Part shown: piece by piece, positions 59,216-64,000 of the stretch
Layout: each line of letters starts with the position of its first letter
Position numbering within the stretch: position 1 is the stretch's first letter
Assembly (NCBI GenBank): GCA_965226235.1
Contig: OZ245335.1
Location: 1,260,427-1,324,426 of the forward strand
DNA: 64,000 nucleotides
Direction of reading: 5' to 3'
DNA from: Candidatus Oxydemutatoraceae bacterium
GTDB lineage: Bacteria > Pseudomonadota > Gammaproteobacteria > Poriferisulfidales > Oxydemutatoraceae
Position numbers and translations under genes: made by a program
The notes under the pieces: model-generated
What the model was told of the DNA's origin: nothing
What the model saw: the letters and a program-made list of their open reading frames with translations, nothing else
Database searches by the model: none

Positions 59216-59260
59216 AGCGAGATTACCTCGTGAGCGCTACGACGGGCCGCACCCTTGCGA

Positions 59261-60334
59261 TCAGAACCGGATATGTGTCGAAGCGTTCAGGCTACGCCGG
59301 GCACCGGGCCAGTTATCAACGTGAAACTTGGTAAACGGCAACTCGGTAAACTCGAAGAACCGCGGCCATCCGATACGCTCGATCCACTCGTTCATGCGCT
59401 CCCAATCCTTCGCGTTGTCCCTGTAGGCGTACAGGATTTTCTTGACCACCGCGGTCGCTTCGGGCCAGCGTGGCGGATTGTTGGGTATACCGGCCGCGAC
59501 CAACTTCTGGAAGGTCGGCTTGCCGCGCGCGTTCGAATGGTTGCCGCCGACCCAGACCGCAAGCTTGGTATGCTCCGGATCATTGATCTGCATGGGTGGA
59601 CACGGCGGGTAACACGCCCCGCAGCAGATGCATTTTTTCTCGTCTACTTCCAGGGACGGCTTGCCGTTCACCACGGCCGGACGAATTGCCGCGACCGGGC
59701 AACGCGCGACCACCGAGGGTCGCTCACATACGTTGGAAACCAGGTCGTGGTTGATCTTTGGCGGCTTGGTGTGTTGTACGTTGATCGCGATATCTCCCTG
59801 CCCACCGCAGTTGATCTGACAGCACGAAGTGGTCATATGCACCCGGTTCGGCATGTTCCAGCCCTTGAACTCCTCGATGAGTTCATCCATCATCGCCTTG
59901 ACAACCCCGGACGCATCGGTGCCGGGAATATCACAATGCAGCCATCCTTGCGTGTGCGACATCATCGCCACCGAATTCTTGGTGCCACCAACGACGAACC
60001 CCTCGCTTACAAGTGCTTCGATCAGCGGCTCGACCCTGGACTCGTCCGCCACCATGAATTCGATATTGCTGCGGATCGTGAAACGCACGTAGCCGTCGGC
60101 GTACTTGTCACCGATATCGCAAAGCTTGCGCAAGGTGAATACGTCGAGGATACGTTGGGTTGCGGCGCGCACCGTCCAGATCGCGTCGCCGCTGTGCGCG
60201 ACATGGCGCAATACGCCCGGTTTCGGGTCATCGTGGAACTTCCAGTTTCCGTAGTTCTTGCGCATCACGGGGTGCATGAACTGAAACCCATCGGGGCACC
60301 CGGATTCAATGGGGCTACGGTGATGTTGTGCCAT
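59261..60334 (-). CDS. dsrB: Dissimilatory sulfite reductase beta subunit DsrB (reverse-type)
   Basis: A 357 aa protein. It has a ferredoxin insert (CICCGACYPPCP) and a siroheme/4Fe-4S Cys cluster (TTSCCQINCGG). Confidence 0.95.
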   Translation of the reverse strand: MAQHHRSPIESGCPDGFQFMHPVMRKNYGNWKFHDDPKPGVLRHVAHSGDAIWTVRAATQRILDVFTLRKLCDIGDKYADGYVRFTIRSNIEFMVADESRVEPLIEALVSEGFVVGGTKNSVAMMSHTQGWLHCDIPGTDASGVVKAMMDELIEEFKGWNMPNRVHMTTSCCQINCGGQGDIAINVQHTKPPKINHDLVSNVCERPSVVARCPVAAIRPAVVNGKPSLEVDEKKCICCGACYPPCPPMQINDPEHTKLAVWVGGNHSNARGKPTFQKLVAAGIPNNPPRWPEATAVVKKILYAYRDNAKDWERMNEWIERIGWPRFFEFTELPFTKFHVDNWPGARRSLNASTHIRF

Positions 60335-60392
60335 AGTCAGTCTGTTCCTGTAAGCGAAGTCGGTTCGTTCATCACAACTTGTCCATCAATGG

Positions 60393-61685
60393 CTAATTGA
60401 CGCTGGCAGACTGCCCGTCGTCCGCATCGGCACCGTTGCCGTCCTTCGCTCTGCGCTTGAACCACTTGACCGCTTCCTGGTCCCATTCATCCATGCGCAC
60501 GTAGGAACTGGTCCGCGGCTCGCTGACCATGTTGGGGTCAACCTCAACACCTATGCCTTCAAGGAAGTTTACCAAGCCAATACGCTCGATCATCTCGCCG
60601 CAACGCTCATGCTCGAGGCCGTTCTCAGCCCAGAAATCAATGACGCTCTCGGACAACTCTACAAGCTTTTCGTAGTCCTCTTCGCTTTTGAGCTTCATGA
60701 AAGGCACTACGACCGTGCCCATCAGGTCACCGATCTTAAGGGTGCGTTTGCCGCCGATAAGAATCGACACGCCTTTGTCGTCACCTGGAGAGAGTGCTTT
60801 CGGCATGACGTTCAGGCAGTGCATGCAGCGCACGCAAGCGCGGTTATCGACACCGAGCGTATCGTCTTCGCGCAGCGAAAGCGCCTGGGTAGGGCAGCGT
60901 GCAATGACGTTGTCCACAATGTACTGGCGCCCTTTCTTCCTGACGTATGCCTTGACTTCATCCTGATCGACTTTCATATCATCCCGCCATGTCCCGATAA
61001 TCGCGAAATCGGCACGCTCGATCGAATTCATGCAGTCGTTGCTACAGCCGGACACCTTGAACTTGAACTTGTACGGCAACGAAGGACGGTGTACGTCATC
61101 GGTAAAATTGTTGAGCAAAGTGCGGTGAATGCGCATTTCATCGATGTTTGATTGTTCGCACCGCGCCGAACCCACACATGATTGCCCGGTACGAACGCAC
61201 GGCCCCGCGCCGCCAAGATCCCAACCGTAGTCGTTGATCTCGTCAAAAAAGTGTTGTGTGTTCTCGGTAGATGCACCGATGAACATGATGTTGCCGGTCT
61301 GGCCATGGAAGGTAACCAAGCCTGATCCCCATTTTTCCCAACTCGACGCGAGCTCGCGCAACGCCTTCGTTGTATAGTGATTGCCTGCTGGCGGCTGCAC
61401 CCGCAGGGTATGAAATTCCTTGGATGCCGGAAACGCCGCGCCCACCTCGGAAAAACGCGGGATGATGCCGCTGCCGTAGCCATAGACGCTCACGGTTCCA
61501 CCTTTCCAGTAGCCTTTCCGGGTTTCATACGAATGCTCGAGTTGGCCCAGCAGGTCATTGGCCATGCTGTTGACGCGACTGTCAGGATGCTCATCGCGAA
61601 GGCGCTTGATTCCGGAAACAAAGCTCGGCCAAGGGCCGTGCTCAAGTTCATCGAGCATTGGAGTTACATGGTTTTTGTCAGTCAT
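60393..61685 (-). CDS. dsrA: Dissimilatory sulfite reductase alpha subunit DsrA (start at Met9, MTDKNHVTPMLDELEHGPWPSF)
   Basis: The N-terminus matches DsrA (PMLDQLETGPWPSF..IKRLRD). The siroheme-binding motif reads CVRTGQSCVGSARC...C, and the ferredoxin domain reads CVRCMHC. Confidence 0.95.
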   Translation of the reverse strand: MTDKNHVTPMLDELEHGPWPSFVSGIKRLRDEHPDSRVNSMANDLLGQLEHSYETRKGYWKGGTVSVYGYGSGIIPRFSEVGAAFPASKEFHTLRVQPPAGNHYTTKALRELASSWEKWGSGLVTFHGQTGNIMFIGASTENTQHFFDEINDYGWDLGGAGPCVRTGQSCVGSARCEQSNIDEMRIHRTLLNNFTDDVHRPSLPYKFKFKVSGCSNDCMNSIERADFAIIGTWRDDMKVDQDEVKAYVRKKGRQYIVDNVIARCPTQALSLREDDTLGVDNRACVRCMHCLNVMPKALSPGDDKGVSILIGGKRTLKIGDLMGTVVVPFMKLKSEEDYEKLVELSESVIDFWAENGLEHERCGEMIERIGLVNFLEGIGVEVDPNMVSEPRTSSYVRMDEWDQEAVKWFKRRAKDGNGADADDGQSASVN

Positions 61686-61809
61686 TTTCCCTCTCCGCAC
61701 ATCGTTCATTGACCATAGGTTTCTAATGATTGCACATGAACTCCGCCAAAGGAAACCTACCCTTTGGTGATAGCGGCGCAGCCTGCATGGCGTTTTACAC
61801 TAAGCCAGT

Positions 61810-62820
61810 ATGAAAATGAGCAACGCCGTCTGTTCAGCCACCTGGGCCGCTCGACAGAATGCTCCGGTTCTCTCTGACCAAACATCCGTCCAGGCGGCAG
61901 AGTCACCGTTTCTGATCGAAAACGAAACGGCCTACCGTCGCTGGCGTACGCGCAAGCTCGCTTGCTTCGTGGCCGGGCGCAACGACCTTGCCACCCCGGT
62001 GACCGTTACCGATCCGGCAGCGTTGAACGCAGCACAGCACGCCGCGATCACAACCCGCTGCCGACAACATAACCTCGCCTTTTACCAAGTCGCATGCGAC
62101 CGGGACAGGGGGATCGACAAAGACACATTCAAACTGCTTTGTCGGCAACTCGGTCTGCGGACGCTGATCACCAACCCCTGTGCCGATACCGACGCCATCA
62201 GCAGCATCCGCATGGTACCGGGTGCCCGCTACATCCCTTACACGGGAAACTGCCTGAAGTGGCACACCGACGGCTACTATAATGACACGACCGGTACCGT
62301 GCGCGCGTTCGCCATGCATTGCGTGCGACCGGCTGACAAAGGAGGCGAAAACCAGTTCTTTGATCCGGAAATTCTGTACATCCTTCTACGCGATGAAAAC
62401 CCGGATTACGTAACAGCGCTGATGCACCCGGAAACTTTGACCGTGCCGCAAAACTCCGAAGAGAAAAATCCTGCCGACATCAGGCCCCGGCGTTCGACCT
62501 CCGCGCTGACAGTGGACGGGATGGACGGGGACCTGGTGATGCACTACACGCAACGTAACCGACACGCGATCTGGCGTGATGACCCTGTCACCGCCCGGGC
62601 ACGCCGCTTTATTCGGGAGGTGCTCGACTCGCCCGGGGAATACCATGTCCGTTATCGTCTCGACCGCAACGAAGGCGTGGTTTGCAACAACGCCATTCAC
62701 AACCGTAGCGGGTTTGGTGATTCACCACGGCCCTCGCGACGGTTGCTGTACCGCGCGCGTTACCGGGAGCGGGTTGCCGGCACGGGACATGCAACGCTAC
62801 CCGCCCAACCTCGATGCTGA
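61810..62820 (+). CDS. TauD/TfdA-family Fe(II)/2-oxoglutarate-dependent dioxygenase
   Basis: The HxD facial-triad motif LKWHTDGYY and the C-terminal VVCNNAIHNRSGF...R region fit the TauD fold. It is divergent from dsrA across about 125 bp. Confidence 0.65.
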   Translation: MKMSNAVCSATWAARQNAPVLSDQTSVQAAESPFLIENETAYRRWRTRKLACFVAGRNDLATPVTVTDPAALNAAQHAAITTRCRQHNLAFYQVACDRDRGIDKDTFKLLCRQLGLRTLITNPCADTDAISSIRMVPGARYIPYTGNCLKWHTDGYYNDTTGTVRAFAMHCVRPADKGGENQFFDPEILYILLRDENPDYVTALMHPETLTVPQNSEEKNPADIRPRRSTSALTVDGMDGDLVMHYTQRNRHAIWRDDPVTARARRFIREVLDSPGEYHVRYRLDRNEGVVCNNAIHNRSGFGDSPRPSRRLLYRARYRERVAGTGHATLPAQPRC

Positions 62821-63008
62821 CCGTCAGCGACATACTGCTCAAGCACCACGAACTGTCGAGCTTTGAACAAATGCGGCAGTTGGTCAAAGCCTACGCGAGC
62901 AACGGCGAAATATTTCTCGCGTTTGACGTGCGCCCCCCCTTCAAGGATACGCCAGAAAACTGGGAAGCCCTGCTGGAAGCAACCTTTACCACCAACGTCA
63001 AAAAGTAA
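62814..63008 (+). CDS. Hypothetical small protein (64 aa), possibly spurious
   Basis: ORF only. It overlaps the end of the dioxygenase gene by 7 bp. Confidence 0.2.
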   Translation: MLTVSDILLKHHELSSFEQMRQLVKAYASNGEIFLAFDVRPPFKDTPENWEALLEATFTTNVKK

Positions 63009-63025
63009 CCGCAAGGGAATCATCC

Positions 63026-63706
63026 ATGTACTGGGAAGACGCCACGCAGGAGCCTCGGTATAAAGTGCCGGAAGACATCATCGACCTGAGTTTTCGGATC
63101 GCTTGCCGCTGCCTGCCGACGAACTACGCCGCCCCGCTGGAGGCGGCACTGGTTACACAGTTGCCGTGGCTTGCCGACGAACCACTCGCTGGTATATATA
63201 TGGTGTATGGTGCCGAGTTCGGCAATGGCTGGGCGCGCCAGAGCGGTGACGACGCACTCGTGCACCTGTCCACGCGCGCACGCCTGAATCTACGCTTGCC
63301 GCGAGCACGCGTTGCACAGGCCACGCAACTGGAGAAACGGAACATCGACATCCTCGGGTACCCATGTGGCATAGGCAGGAGCAAAACACGTCTGTTGAGC
63401 ACACATGGCACTTTATTCACCCGGCACCTCTTCCCGGCCGGGCGCGACGAAGAAGCGTTTCTGGAAAACGCCGCCCGCATGCTTGGAGAGCTAGGCATCA
63501 AGCCGTTGAAAATGCTGGCAGGACTCAGCCGGACTATCGAGACCCCACAGCAAAAAATAGCAACCAGCAGCCTGATGATAGATGGACTGAAGCCACAGGA
63601 GTCGGTGCTGTTACAGCAACACGGATTGGGGAAACGGCGAACGCTGGGTTGTGGTATTTTCCTTCCCCACAAAAGCATCGCCCCCACGAGAGCATCACCG
63701 CCATAA
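63026..63706 (+). CDS. Cas6e (CasE/Cse3)-like RAMP endoribonuclease homolog, orphan
   Basis: The C-terminal segment ESVLLQQHGLGKRRTLGCGIFLP parallels E. coli CasE LIDLVQQGIGPAKSMGCGLLSLAPL, including the QQ-G-x-G...GCG glycine-rich loop. The N-terminal RLNLRLP resembles CasE LYFRLRANP. No other cas genes or repeats are in view. Confidence 0.4.
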   Translation: MYWEDATQEPRYKVPEDIIDLSFRIACRCLPTNYAAPLEAALVTQLPWLADEPLAGIYMVYGAEFGNGWARQSGDDALVHLSTRARLNLRLPRARVAQATQLEKRNIDILGYPCGIGRSKTRLLSTHGTLFTRHLFPAGRDEEAFLENAARMLGELGIKPLKMLAGLSRTIETPQQKIATSSLMIDGLKPQESVLLQQHGLGKRRTLGCGIFLPHKSIAPTRASPP

Positions 63707-64000
63707 GCAGCAAACCAATGTCGGGGCAGGGCGATCACCGACGCGGCGCCCCCTGGAGTTTATGCGGCAACACGCATCGTCGCCTATCGCCCGCCGCCGC
63801 CATGCGGCAGACCCTGCCCCTGCAGAGCCCCCCCGTTCACCGAGTCCGGGTTCAGCAAAATCTGCCGGTTGCAGTAAGGCCAGGGTCAAACCGGACCGAC
63901 CCACATCCTGCCAACACCTGGCTCGTACGGAGGTCCATGGTGCGGTAGACTTGTACGGTGTGGTTCTGCAATGCAGATTTGCTACATGATTCCAACAACT

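Noticed and set aside
63707-64000. Searched the tail of the window for a CRISPR array after the Cas6e-like gene
   Set aside because: No direct repeats of 24-40 bp are visible; the sequence is unique and GC-rich.

Overview
This is a high-GC (about 58-62%) gammaproteobacterial chromosomal segment from a sulfur oxidiser. Gene order: hemX (5' partial) and hemY; a 10-gene Mrp-like cation/proton antiporter module with mrpE-F-G, a split MnhB, mrpC and three NuoL/MrpD-like subunits; a lower-GC islet of two tandemly duplicated sulfotransferase genes; recG-ridA-spoT-rpoZ-gmk; trkH-trkA-ntrX-ntrY-DUF4390; purK-purE, purC, bioD; amtB-glnK divergent from a CysB-like regulator; dcd-apbC; a minor-pilin operon fimT-pilV-pilW-pilX-pilE with no pilY1, next to ispH; a YbiB/TrpD2-family gene, a stand-alone S24 (UmuD-like) peptidase and hypotheticals; a NarL/NarX-type two-component pair; and a complete reverse-type dsr operon, dsrABEFHCMKLJOPN followed by dsrR, on the minus strand. 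The most striking feature is that the dsrN-dsrR junction is split by a 5.7 kb array of two tandem, about 99% identical, low-GC (about 45%) units. Each unit carries a plus-strand gene for a protein with five N-terminal TM helices, a PQQ-dependent sGDH-type dehydrogenase domain and a C-terminal c-type cytochrome domain, together with a decayed copy of the last ~443 bp of dsrN. Upstream of dsrA lie a divergent TauD/TfdA-family dioxygenase gene and a gene whose product carries a Cas6e-like glycine-rich C-terminal motif. No CRISPR array or other cas genes are visible in the window. No tRNA/rRNA, transposase or integrase genes were recognised.
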